From an uncultured Nitrosopumilales archaeon (GTDB taxonomy: Archaea > Thermoproteota > Nitrososphaeria > Nitrososphaerales > CAYNJB01), in contig CAYNJB010000001.1 of the NCBI GenBank assembly GCA_964397515.1, forward strand, positions 1-29,380: a DNA stretch of 29,380 nt, written 5' to 3'. Within the stretch, counting starts at the first letter, position 1; each line of letters opens with the position of its first letter. Below are positions 9,174-18,854 of this stretch, in pieces. Position numbers and translations under genes: made by a program. The notes beneath the pieces were generated by a model that saw nothing but the letters and a program-made list of their open reading frames with translations, had not been told where the DNA came from and searched no databases.

Positions 9174-11264
9174 TCACCTCCTTTTTGGTTTGAACCGCTT
9201 CAAAGTCAAGGAATTGCTGACAACGCTTACTGAGCTCATCGCCATAGCTATGGCTGCGAAGATAGGGCTTAGCAATCCTGTAGCTGCTATAGGGATAAAA
9301 GCTGTGTTATAAGCAAATGCCCAAAATAAATTCTGTTTAATCTTACTCATTGTCTTCCTGCTAAGCTGTATTGAGCTGACTACATCACGTAAATCATCCT
9401 TGATAAGCACTATTCCGGCTGTTTCTACTGCTACATCTGTCCCGCTTCCAAGTGCAATTCCTATATCTGCTTGAGCTAAAGCAGGCGCGTCATTTATCCC
9501 ATCACCGACCATAGCAACAATCTTGCCTTCCCCTTGGAGTTCCTTGATTACCGAGGCTTTTTGACCAGGAAGTACTTCTGACACCACTTTCTTGATACCC
9601 AGTTGTTGACCTATTGCCTCCGCGGTCCTCTGGTTATCACCGGTGAGCATAATCACTTCTAGTCCCATTTCTTTCAGATCGTCCAACGCTTCTTGCGCAT
9701 TATCTTTGACCGTGTCAGCTACAGCGATCAGGCCAGCTAAACTTCCATTAAGGGCGAGAAACATAGTTGTCTTTCCTTCGCGTTCCATATTCTGAATCTT
9801 TTTTTCTTGAGATTCTATGGCTATATTATTGTTCAGCATTATTTTTCTGTTGCCAAGTAGAATCTCTGTTTGATTGTGTCTTGCTTTTACACCTTGGCCT
9901 GGGACTGCTTCAAAGTTGGTAGAGTCTGAGATTTTGAATCCTTTTTCTTCTGCTTTTTGGACTATGGCTTCTCCAAGTGGATGCTCAGAACCTTTCTCTG
10001 CTATCGCAGCGTAACTAATTACATCTTCCTCGGTTTTGTTTGAAAGTGATATTACATTTGTTACTGACGGTACGCCTTTGGTTACAGTGCCAGTCTTGTC
10101 AAACACTATGGTCTGCAGTTTGTAGGTTTTCTCCAAATTTTCTCCACCCTTTATCAGAATCCCGTTTTCTGCTCCCTTTCCTGTTCCTACAATTATAGCG
10201 GCCGGTGTAGCAAGGCCTAACGCGCAGGGGCAAGCTATTATCAGAACTGCTACTAGAGCGGTGAAGCCTTGCAGAAATGAGCCAGCGTATAATGCCCATC
10301 CTGTGAACGCTGCAAGAGCAATTGTTATCACGATAGGTACGAAATAGCCCGAGACTTTATCGGCTATTCGCTCTATTGGTGCTCTGGCAGAAGACGCTTC
10401 TTCTACCAGTCTAACAATCTGTGCTAATGTGGTATCTGACCCAACCTTAGATGTCTGTATTTTAAGCATACCATTCTTGTTTATTGTTGCACCTATGACT
10501 TCGTCGCCGACTTTTTTATCCACAGGAATGCTCTCACCTGTGATCATTTTTTCGTCTACACTTGAGTACCCATCTATTACAATGCCATCGACAGGTATTT
10601 TTTCACCTGGTCGAACTATTACAGTCTCATTAACTGTGATCTCTTCTATAGGTACTTCGATCTCCTTTCCTTCCCTTATCACTTTAGCCATCTTAGGCTG
10701 TAAATCGAGTAGTTTTCTAACTGAATCAGACGCCTTCCTCTTCATTGAATGTTCAAGAAGTTTCCCTAGAAGTATGAAGCCTATGATAAGGGCCGCTGAT
10801 TCAAAATACACACCTCTAGCATTTGGAGGTACTACATTCGGGAAGAAGGTAACTAGAGTACTGTAACCCCAAGCTGCAGATGTTCCAACAGATATGAGCG
10901 TATCCATATTGGATGAACGAGCCTTGATAGCATGAAAAAAGCCTATGTATAACTTTCTTCCAGCTATGAATTGAACAGGTGTTGCGAAGAGAAATAGCCA
11001 AACCTCTAAACTAAAAAATTGAGGTAAAAGTAGGACTAGTTGGTGAAGACCTAACATGTCAGCCATACTGAATAATGCAATAGGTATTCCAAGAATAAAG
11101 CTAAGAGCAGTCATACGCTTAAGGCTTTTTACCTCCATCTCAGGTTTAAGAAATGTATCCATGCAACTCTTAGCACAAAAATAGAAAGTGGTTCCTCTAA
11201 CAGTTGCATGTAATGCTTCTGGGCTCTCATGAACGAACATTCCACATATAGGATCTTTAGCCAA
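9174..11264 (-). CDS. copA: P1B-1 type Cu(+)-translocating P-type ATPase with an N-terminal YHS/TRASH domain
   Basis: N-terminal [39 protein letters not shown] and MAMSS transmembrane motifs; TTG start with GGTG upstream. Confidence 0.95.
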   Translation of the reverse strand: MAKDPICGMFVHESPEALHATVRGTTFYFCAKSCMDTFLKPEMEVKSLKRMTALSFILGIPIALFSMADMLGLHQLVLLLPQFFSLEVWLFLFATPVQFIAGRKLYIGFFHAIKARSSNMDTLISVGTSAAWGYSTLVTFFPNVVPPNARGVYFESAALIIGFILLGKLLEHSMKRKASDSVRKLLDLQPKMAKVIREGKEIEVPIEEITVNETVIVRPGEKIPVDGIVIDGYSSVDEKMITGESIPVDKKVGDEVIGATINKNGMLKIQTSKVGSDTTLAQIVRLVEEASSARAPIERIADKVSGYFVPIVITIALAAFTGWALYAGSFLQGFTALVAVLIIACPCALGLATPAAIIVGTGKGAENGILIKGGENLEKTYKLQTIVFDKTGTVTKGVPSVTNVISLSNKTEEDVISYAAIAEKGSEHPLGEAIVQKAEEKGFKISDSTNFEAVPGQGVKARHNQTEILLGNRKIMLNNNIAIESQEKKIQNMEREGKTTMFLALNGSLAGLIAVADTVKDNAQEALDDLKEMGLEVIMLTGDNQRTAEAIGQQLGIKKVVSEVLPGQKASVIKELQGEGKIVAMVGDGINDAPALAQADIGIALGSGTDVAVETAGIVLIKDDLRDVVSSIQLSRKTMSKIKQNLFWAFAYNTAFIPIAATGLLSPIFAAIAMAMSSVSVVSNSLTLKRFKPKRR

Positions 11265-11388
11265 TCGCCTGCACCGTGTTTATTACTATCAAGTATGAAC
11301 ATTAACTTACCTGTTTACAAAAAACAATAAATCACAAGAGATCTTGTTAAATTCTTTCTGAACTAAACTTATAAACACATGATAGTTG

Positions 11389-12477
11389 TTATTCAATTTG
11401 TTCTTTAATACCCAACTCGTGTAGTGATAAATTATAAGATTCTACAACTTGTCGCCGGTCATCATCTGATCTTGGGGGTGCAACTTGGATTATACCTATA
11501 CCGCTTTTTAAAATATTAACTTTGATCCTAGCATTATATTCAAAAGATATACCGAGCTTACTTTTTGTGATCAATCTATAGCCTAATACTTCAATTTTTT
11601 TGCCTAATAATGGAATTTCAATATCAATCTTATTTTTAGGTTTAATCACAAATGTACTTCTACCATCTCTTGCACATGTTTCTTCAATAGATGAAGCATT
11701 AATTATCTCACTATTTCCCTTTTCACTTCCACATGCTGAACATTCATCGACTCTAGTGATTGGAATTAAATCAAATGATAAGTTCGATAAATCCGCATAC
11801 CAAAGCTTTCCAGCTAAATGTGGTTTTTTTCCCGTGATTATTCTAGTAGTTTCAGATACCTGAATGCTTGATATTAAGCCCAAAATTGACGGATGAACTC
11901 CAACAACTGCACATCTATCCATTCTATCATCATCTATACCAGGGTATATACATTCTAAGCAAGCTGTTTCTCCAGGGATAATTGTGAAAACATTACCTCT
12001 TAGTTCTAAAGCTCCTCCAAAAACATAAGGAATGCCTATATCAACACAGGCTCGATTTAGAATATATCTAGGAGCCATCCTATCTAAACCGTCGATTACA
12101 ATGTCTGAATCGCCCAATACGTCATGAGCAATGGATGATGAGAAAGATTCTGGAATTGCCTCAATTTTTACATCTGGATTAAGCTTACTAAGTCTATTAA
12201 AAGCTGCCTCAACTTTTGGTAAACCAATATCTTCAGATGTATACAAATATTGTCTATGTAAATCTGATTTGGAAACAATGTCCCTATCGACGATTTTAAG
12301 GGATCCAACACCAAGACCCACTAATTGAAGAGCAGCTGGACAGCCCAACCCACCTATTCCAATTAAACTAACCTTCGCCTTTCTTAATGCTATTTGACCT
12401 TCTAACCCAATATCCTGTAAAGTAATTTGTCGTGCATATCGTTCTATCTCTTGGTCGTTTAGATTAGACAAGGTCAC
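11389..12477 (-). CDS. ThiF/MoeB/HesA family E1-like adenylyltransferase with a C-terminal extension
   Basis: ERYARQ, GIGGLG, DRD..SDLHRQ, DGLD, CLEC and CSAC zinc pairs, putative catalytic Cys in RCAVVGV; GTG start. No ubiquitin-like partner gene in the window. Confidence 0.9.
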   Translation of the reverse strand: MTLSNLNDQEIERYARQITLQDIGLEGQIALRKAKVSLIGIGGLGCPAALQLVGLGVGSLKIVDRDIVSKSDLHRQYLYTSEDIGLPKVEAAFNRLSKLNPDVKIEAIPESFSSSIAHDVLGDSDIVIDGLDRMAPRYILNRACVDIGIPYVFGGALELRGNVFTIIPGETACLECIYPGIDDDRMDRCAVVGVHPSILGLISSIQVSETTRIITGKKPHLAGKLWYADLSNLSFDLIPITRVDECSACGSEKGNSEIINASSIEETCARDGRSTFVIKPKNKIDIEIPLLGKKIEVLGYRLITKSKLGISFEYNARIKVNILKSGIGIIQVAPPRSDDDRRQVVESYNLSLHELGIKEQIE

Positions 12478-12637
12478 CCTAAATTGTCTAATACTTGTTT
12501 GATATGTGTTTCTACAAAAAGTATAGTATTATTATAGTTCTATCTATTAATTGAATCTTTTTTTAAAGTGAAGGCTTTGAAATTGATAAAATTAGAGAAG
12601 AACTTATGATATACCCAGTTAACATTTTTTTTATTAT

Positions 12638-12958
12638 CTATTCTTCATCATCAATGGTAAAGATAAAGCGGGCTCCTTCAAAGTTCTCTTTACCAACTCT
12701 TTCCCAATTTATTTTATAACTCCAAGAGCCTTTTTTACCTAATATTTTGATGGTTTGGGGTAACGCGGAAAATAATTTTTCAACTTTCTCAGGATCCTTG
12801 GTCATAAGTACGCTTCTACGCCGTTTCATAAGGTATTTAACAGCAACATTGCGAGGAATGTGTCCCTCAACCTCTAATTTTTCAGAACCTATATCTATAA
12901 TAAATTGACGTTTTCCCATAAAAAGAGGGTCATTGTTGATGTATTTAACTAACTTCAA
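12638..12958 (-). CDS. Hypothetical protein (106 aa)
   Basis: Only sizeable ORF in the gap; globular composition (VEGHIPRNVAVKYLMKRRRS...NWER...FEGARF). No function recognised and the TTG start is uncertain. Confidence 0.7.
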   Translation of the reverse strand: MKLVKYINNDPLFMGKRQFIIDIGSEKLEVEGHIPRNVAVKYLMKRRRSVLMTKDPEKVEKLFSALPQTIKILGKKGSWSYKINWERVGKENFEGARFIFTIDDEE

Positions 12959-13171
12959 CGTATTTTGATGTAAATAAGGTCAATTTTGGTTTAATAACTT
13001 CAGTTCTATTCATGAATATTAGTATCTAATAAAATAATAATCATGTTTGGAAGAATAAGTACTATATTATTTATTGAGTCTAAAGTTGGAAAAATAATTC
13101 AATAAATGATGCTATTCTCAATAAAATAAATATCCTAATTCTATAAAAATACCTAGTTGGAAGAAGATTTT

Positions 13172-13309
13172 CTAAGATTCGAACTTAGATTGGTGAAGTT
13201 GGCGTATTTTTTTATCTCGGTCATTTAAATCTCTTTCAAGGTTGTCTAAAGCGGCATATAGTTTTTCGATCTTATTAATATCAACGCTAATCTCGCTCTT
13301 CTTTTTCAT
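13172..13309 (-). CDS. Putative 45-aa coiled-coil protein (absent from the ORF track)
   Basis: ATG start, MKKKSEISVDINKIEKLYAALDNLERDLNDRDKKIRQLHQSKFES*; heptad-spaced I/L; begins 45 nt after the DUF790 stop on the same strand. Confidence 0.5.
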   Translation of the reverse strand: MKKKSEISVDINKIEKLYAALDNLERDLNDRDKKIRQLHQSKFES

Positions 13310-13354
13310 ACCGTAGAAATATCAGTGAAAGTAGAATAAGAACATTTACTATTT

Positions 13355-14896
13355 TTATCTTCGTTTTTTTATTATTGTGTTATTTGGATCTAGATTGATC
13401 CATTCAATTGTGTAGCCTAATGCTTCTAAAAGTTCAATAGTGTTTTTAAAACCGAGAGACTCTATTTTTGTCTCATAGTCTGGGAGAGTAGCATTTGTTA
13501 ATTCATCAATTTTCTTTTCCAAATTATTTAACTTACTTTTACTAATAAATTGGTCACCGATTATTCTATAATCTTTAATATCATCTCTCCGAAATTTTTC
13601 TCTTATCGATTCGACGGACATATTATATTCATTAGCAACCTCATCAATATTTTCTACATCCTTTGTTAGTTTTAATTTGATGTTTTGTAATAATTTTAAT
13701 TCGCGATCTATGATGATCGATTCTATATTCTTTAGATATTCAATGATTGGTTTTATTGGAACTTTCTTTTTAAAAATGATAAGGGGTCCCTTAAAATTCT
13801 TAATTTTTGAACATCCTAAATTTTCATCTATTGCCACGATCATAGAAACATTACGTAATTGTTCGAGCTTTCTAATTTTCCTTTCTAGGTATTCTTGTGT
13901 CCAAAAACCCACAATTTCAAGATATACTTTGACACCTCTTCTTTCAAAACTAAAGTCAGGTATCATCACATGTTCTCCGACTGACAAAAGTTCAGGCTCT
14001 CTTTTCAACAACCAAGATGAATTATATGAGTTAAAGTCATTAGCAAATCTTTCTTCAAGGGAGCTATCATAAATTTTCCCACTCAATATTTCACTATAAC
14101 TTTCACTAATTATTTCGGATATTTTACTATCTGATTCAAATTGATAAATTTTTGATTTTTTATTACTTAACACCTCTGCTTGTATCCACCATTCATCCGC
14201 AGATACTATTATTGGCACAATCTTAGCTAAAGTTGTTCCATATCGATCAGTCATCTTAAGTAATGATAGAGGTCCTTCCACTGTCACAACTGATTTTTCA
14301 TCAACACGTTCAATGGAGTAAATCAGACCTAACTTTTTAATTGATCTGAAAATTTCTTTCCAATTACTTGAAGAAAAAAATTTCATCCTCAATGACTTAA
14401 AAATTAATGTTTGAATTAATGAGAGATTATATTGTTTAACAAGTTTTTTTGGTTCAATAGGCTCATATTTTTTTAAGATAAGCTCATCATCAATATCACA
14501 AAATAATGCTTTTTCAAGTTCTTCGGTTTTAACATTTATCTTGATTGCGACATTGTTGATTATTTGATTTCGATTTACTAGTGCTTCTAACCTTTTTTTA
14601 CTTCCTTCTTCGAATACTTGCATTCTTGCTTCAACAGGGTTTATTATACTGTCAGCTTCAAATACACATCTTCTCTCAATAAGTTTTAAAAAACCTCTAA
14701 CAAGTTTAAAATCAAATTCTTTATCCTCTAATAATTTGATTTTTAATAAGATTTCTTTTTTCTTTTTCCCAATATTACTCGAAAAAAAATCGGTTATTGT
14801 GTTGACTAATCTTAAGGTGTTTGGATCAAAAAGAGCATACATTGGTTGAATTTTACCTTGTGAGATTCTGGCTCTTAATAGATTAGATGGAAGCAT
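13355..14896 (-). CDS. bax1: DUF790 family endonuclease (Bax1-like)
   Basis: MLPSNLL start, YNLSLIQTL, YGTTLAK, YDSSLEERFA, REPE...MIPDF...YLEIVGFWTQEYL (PD-(D/E)xK-like core); starts 4 nt after the XPB stop. Confidence 0.88.
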   Translation of the reverse strand: MLPSNLLRARISQGKIQPMYALFDPNTLRLVNTITDFFSSNIGKKKKEILLKIKLLEDKEFDFKLVRGFLKLIERRCVFEADSIINPVEARMQVFEEGSKKRLEALVNRNQIINNVAIKINVKTEELEKALFCDIDDELILKKYEPIEPKKLVKQYNLSLIQTLIFKSLRMKFFSSSNWKEIFRSIKKLGLIYSIERVDEKSVVTVEGPLSLLKMTDRYGTTLAKIVPIIVSADEWWIQAEVLSNKKSKIYQFESDSKISEIISESYSEILSGKIYDSSLEERFANDFNSYNSSWLLKREPELLSVGEHVMIPDFSFERRGVKVYLEIVGFWTQEYLERKIRKLEQLRNVSMIVAIDENLGCSKIKNFKGPLIIFKKKVPIKPIIEYLKNIESIIIDRELKLLQNIKLKLTKDVENIDEVANEYNMSVESIREKFRRDDIKDYRIIGDQFISKSKLNNLEKKIDELTNATLPDYETKIESLGFKNTIELLEALGYTIEWINLDPNNTIIKKRR

Positions 14897-14900
14897 TTTT

Positions 14901-16247
14901 TCACTCTCTAGATCTTTTTCTTTTCCAGCTTGTTCTCATTTCCGTGGTTTCTTTGGATACTAGCTCTATTAATTTTGATTTTTTGCGTCTATCCTTTCTT
15001 AATAAACGTCCTAATCTTTGGATGAACTCTCTTGAGCTTCCTGTACCACTTACAATTATTCCAAGAGATGCTTTAGGGACATCAATCCCTTCATCAAGAA
15101 CCTTTGATGTAACTACGGTCCAAAATCGCCCATCTTTGAATCTGCTTAATATTTCATTTCGCTCATCTTTACTGGTTAAATAAGTGATATAGGGTAACAG
15201 AAACTGCTTCGAGATTCTGTGAACTAGTTGATTATGCTGTGTGAAGATAATGATCTGTTCGTTTAGATTAGATTTTAATATTTCTTTTAAAGCTTGAATT
15301 TTAGTTTCTGAGTTGAACGCAATTTCTAAAGCCTTATTTCTTGAGAGAAGAGCTTGTCTAGCAGATTTATCTCTGCCAGTTATCATAATAAATTTTCTGA
15401 AATCATGTGTATTAGTTAGTTTAATCTTACGTCTAATAAGAAAATCAGTGAATTGTTTAAAATACTGGTCATATTCTTTTTTTTCATGTTCACTTAAATC
15501 AACATTTATTCTTTCAAGTGAATATTCTGCAAGATAACTACCTGCCAAATCACTAGGTTGCAGCTTAAAAACTATTCCTCCTATTAACCTTGGAAGCTCA
15601 TTATGGAGCATATCTTCTCTTTCGAAGGTTGCTGTAAGACCCATACGATATTGTGCAGTAAACATTTCCGCTATCTGCTTGTAACCTTCTGCGGGAAGAT
15701 GGTGAACCTCGTCAAAAATTATTAATCCAAATCTGTTTCCTATTTCTCCAGCTCTAAGATATGCAGAATTATAAGTTGCTACAGTAACAGATTCTAGTTT
15801 ATTAGTTCCTCCACCATAAACACCTATTTCAATATTGAAAGATTCGATAAGTTTTGTTCTCCATTGTTCAAGTAAGTCAAGAGTTGGGACGATAATTATG
15901 CTGGCTGTGTTTGCTTCTTCAATAGCTTTAATTGCAATAATCGTTTTACCAGATCCTGTAGGTAATACAATTGTACCCTTTTTTCCGGCCTTGATCCAAT
16001 TCTGTAAAGCTTTATTCTGATATCCTCTTAGAGATATGTTTGATTTAAAATTAGGTGAAGGTATTAATTGTTGGACATTGTCATCAATTAATATTTTACT
16101 TTGATTAAGATACTCGATAATATCTCTGTAATATAAACCCTGACTTCTAAATGACTTTGTTCGATTATCCCAAAAAGAGTGAGGAACTCTAACATCGCCC
16201 TTTAAAATTAAACTACCCTTGTCAAATGATAGGGTAGGAGTTGACAT
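14901..16247 (-). CDS. xpb: XPB/Rad25-like SF2 DNA helicase
   Basis: LRGYQ, LPTGSGKT, DEVH, GLTATFER, LDEGIDVP, QRLGRLLR; paired with DUF790 as in archaeal XPB-Bax1 operons. Confidence 0.92.
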   Translation of the reverse strand: MSTPTLSFDKGSLILKGDVRVPHSFWDNRTKSFRSQGLYYRDIIEYLNQSKILIDDNVQQLIPSPNFKSNISLRGYQNKALQNWIKAGKKGTIVLPTGSGKTIIAIKAIEEANTASIIIVPTLDLLEQWRTKLIESFNIEIGVYGGGTNKLESVTVATYNSAYLRAGEIGNRFGLIIFDEVHHLPAEGYKQIAEMFTAQYRMGLTATFEREDMLHNELPRLIGGIVFKLQPSDLAGSYLAEYSLERINVDLSEHEKKEYDQYFKQFTDFLIRRKIKLTNTHDFRKFIMITGRDKSARQALLSRNKALEIAFNSETKIQALKEILKSNLNEQIIIFTQHNQLVHRISKQFLLPYITYLTSKDERNEILSRFKDGRFWTVVTSKVLDEGIDVPKASLGIIVSGTGSSREFIQRLGRLLRKDRRKKSKLIELVSKETTEMRTSWKRKRSRE

Positions 16248-16262
16248 GCTTATTAAACAAGT

Positions 16263-16293
16263 TTTATTGGTATATCAATTTATTGTATATCAA
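16263..16293. repeat. Tandem duplication TTTATTGGTATATCAA / TTTATTG-TATATCAA upstream of xpb
   Basis: Direct reading: 16263-16278 and 16279-16293 differ by one G. Confidence 0.7.
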
Positions 16294-16418
16294 GTATTCA
16301 AATATTCCATTAATATTTCTAATAAAAATGCTGAAAATTTAAGATTTATTTAAAATAGATGAAAAAAGACATAAGTAAGTTATGTGCAAAGTAGTATAGT
16401 AATGAGGAGTTGTTAAGT

Positions 16419-16907
16419 ATGATATCTAAAAAGATTGTTGAAGCGTTAAATGGTCAACTAAATGCTGAATTATATTCTTCCTACTTATATCTATCAATGT
16501 CCGCATATTTTGAGTCAACAATCTTTAAAGGATTTGCACATTGGATGAAACGTCAATCTGAAGAAGAAAACATACATACTTCAAAAATCTACGATTTTAT
16601 CATAGCTCAGGGAGCAAGGGTAAATCTTACTGCAATAGAAAAACCAATCTCTGATTGGAAAACACCGTTAGCTGTATTCAAAGCGGGGTTGAATCATGAG
16701 AAGAAAGTAACAGGGTTAATTAATACTCTCATCGATAAATTAACGGGAGAAAAAGATTATGCTACTAATAACCTATTACAATGGTTTGCAACTGAACAAG
16801 TTGAAGAAGAAGATTCATTTAGTGAAATAGTGAAAACACTTACTCCCATAGAAAATGATGTTGATGAAATAATCAAAGTAGATAATCAGTTATCAAAACG
16901 ATCTTAA
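16419..16907 (+). CDS. ftnA: Non-heme ferritin
   Basis: NAELYSSYLYLSM, EEENIH (ExxH), HEKKVT, LQWFATEQVEEE ferroxidase residues. ATG at 16419 preferred over TTG at 16410 because GAGGAG sits 9 nt upstream. Confidence 0.93.
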   Translation: MISKKIVEALNGQLNAELYSSYLYLSMSAYFESTIFKGFAHWMKRQSEEENIHTSKIYDFIIAQGARVNLTAIEKPISDWKTPLAVFKAGLNHEKKVTGLINTLIDKLTGEKDYATNNLLQWFATEQVEEEDSFSEIVKTLTPIENDVDEIIKVDNQLSKRS

Positions 16908-17110
16908 TCTAGTGTGAAGAAAATAAAAAGAGTGACCAAATATAATTAGAAAAAGATAAAGTAATATTATCATAGATTCCGATTATTTTAAATAAAACGG
17001 CCAACATATTAATGAAACATGAATATAAAGACAAAGTGTTACAAAATAGTTAATTAATTACCTTACCCAACAGTACAATTGCATATAATAGAAAAAATGA
17101 GTTTTTATCG

Positions 17111-18346
17111 ATGATTAGTGAATTTGACGTTGTTATAATTGGAGGAGGAGTCAATGGTTGTGCTATAGCTAGAGAACTAAGCTCTCATTTCCATGGACGT
17201 TTTTGTTTAATCGAGAAAGAGAACTCAGTAGCTCTACATACCAGTGGAAGAAACAGCGGGGTTATACATTCAGGTATTAATCAGAAACCTGGAACCCTTA
17301 AAGCTAAACTTGTAGTCAAAGGAAATAGGATTATGCGGGAATATTGTAAGAAGAAAAGTATTCCTATGGAACAAGTTGGGACACTTGTCGTAGCTAACAA
17401 TGATGAAGAAGTAAAAACTTTGAGAGAACTAGAGAGGCGTGCTAAAGAAAATGGTGTTCCATCAGTTTCAATAATCAGCTCAAACGATCTTAAAAAAATT
17501 GAGCCCAATATAGAAGGTGTCGAAGCTTTAATTTCGCCAACTGGTTCGATTGTTGATTCGAAAAAGCTCGTTGAAGCGTTAGCTTCCGACGCGTCAAATA
17601 TGGGTGTAGATTTTTTTATGAATACAAAATTATTAGACGTCAAAGAATACCAAGATCATATTGATATATTTACAAATAACAAGACTTTTAGAACAAAATT
17701 CTTAGTAAATTGCGCAGGTCTTTACGCTGACAAAATAGCTCATGCTTTAGGAGTTGGAAAAGATTACATCATAATTCCATTTAGTGGAGGATATTATAAG
17801 CTAATTAACAAAAACGAAAATCTTATAAAAACAATGGTCTATTCAACTCCAAATCTAGAAGTACCATTTCTAGGAGTGCATTTCACAAAAATGGTAGATG
17901 GAGCTGTGTTTATTGGACCGAACGCATCGTTGGCGCCAGGACGGGAAGCATACAATCTGTCTAGTATTAATTTATTTGAGATGCTCGCATATCTATTTAA
18001 CATTCGATTTCTCAGGCTTATCTTAAATCGAAGTTTCCTAAAAATGGCCTTAAGAGAATTATGGTTAACATTAAGCAGAGAAGCCTTTACAAATGATGCG
18101 CGAAAATTATTACCTCAAATTCAAACAAAAGGTTTAATGAAAATGCCTCCAGGAATTAGAGCGCAACTGGTTGACAAAAAAGGGAATCTTGTAGGAGATT
18201 TTGTTTATAAGTCAACTAAAAACTCTTACCATATATTAAACGCGGTTTCTCCAGCTTTCACAAGTTCAATGGCATTTGCTGAAAAAATAATTTCAGATTT
18301 ACAACAAAATCAGCTAAGTTGGCTTCACAAAAAAGAAGAAAATTAA
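17111..18346 (+). CDS. lhgO: L-2-hydroxyglutarate oxidase (LhgO)-like FAD-dependent oxidoreductase
   Basis: IGGGVNG, EKE...HTSGRNSGVIHSG, VNCAGLYADKIA, FLGVHFT, GIRAQ, NAVSPAFTSS. The substrate is inferred. Confidence 0.8.
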   Translation: MISEFDVVIIGGGVNGCAIARELSSHFHGRFCLIEKENSVALHTSGRNSGVIHSGINQKPGTLKAKLVVKGNRIMREYCKKKSIPMEQVGTLVVANNDEEVKTLRELERRAKENGVPSVSIISSNDLKKIEPNIEGVEALISPTGSIVDSKKLVEALASDASNMGVDFFMNTKLLDVKEYQDHIDIFTNNKTFRTKFLVNCAGLYADKIAHALGVGKDYIIIPFSGGYYKLINKNENLIKTMVYSTPNLEVPFLGVHFTKMVDGAVFIGPNASLAPGREAYNLSSINLFEMLAYLFNIRFLRLILNRSFLKMALRELWLTLSREAFTNDARKLLPQIQTKGLMKMPPGIRAQLVDKKGNLVGDFVYKSTKNSYHILNAVSPAFTSSMAFAEKIISDLQQNQLSWLHKKEEN

Positions 18347-18429
18347 ACATTTTTAATCTTCTTGAACGCCATAATTAGTTTAAATCAAACATGAATATTT
18401 AATAATCCATAGTTTATCTGTTGTTTTAC

Positions 18430-18762
18430 ATGCTTGAAAAGATTAAGACTGTGTTTTCAGAGGAAATTATCAATAAAGATAAAATAATAATTGTAATGTT
18501 TTATGCTACATATTGTGGGTATTGTAAATCTTTTGCACCTATCTTTGAAGAATATAGCCAAGATTACGACTTCGTTTTTGCAAAATCAGATATAACTAAT
18601 GATGATAATCCTCTATGGAACGTTTACAAAATTGAGTTAGTACCAACATTAATAGCTTTTAAACAAGGAAAAGTCATAACTAGAAGAGATGCTTTACAAG
18701 GTATTGGATTAAATGAGGATAACATTAAATCACTTATTCAAGAAATCCAAAACAGTCTCTGA
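18430..18762 (+). CDS. Thioredoxin-family protein
   Basis: FYATYCGYC active site and cis-Pro motif VPTLIAF; ATG at 18430 (alternative TTG at 18421). Confidence 0.88.
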   Translation: MLEKIKTVFSEEIINKDKIIIVMFYATYCGYCKSFAPIFEEYSQDYDFVFAKSDITNDDNPLWNVYKIELVPTLIAFKQGKVITRRDALQGIGLNEDNIKSLIQEIQNSL

Positions 18763-18854
18763 AATATTAATTAATCAATTATTTATCAAATGATTATCTA
18801 CATCAACATTAAATTTATTTTGAAGAAATAAAGATATAGTAGGATGATAGCTCA

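Noticed and set aside
12945-13013. 22-codon ATG ORF (MNRTEVIKPKL...) overlapping the start of the 106-aa gene as a frameshifted N-terminus
   Set aside because: No slippery site or recognisable similarity supports joining the two frames.
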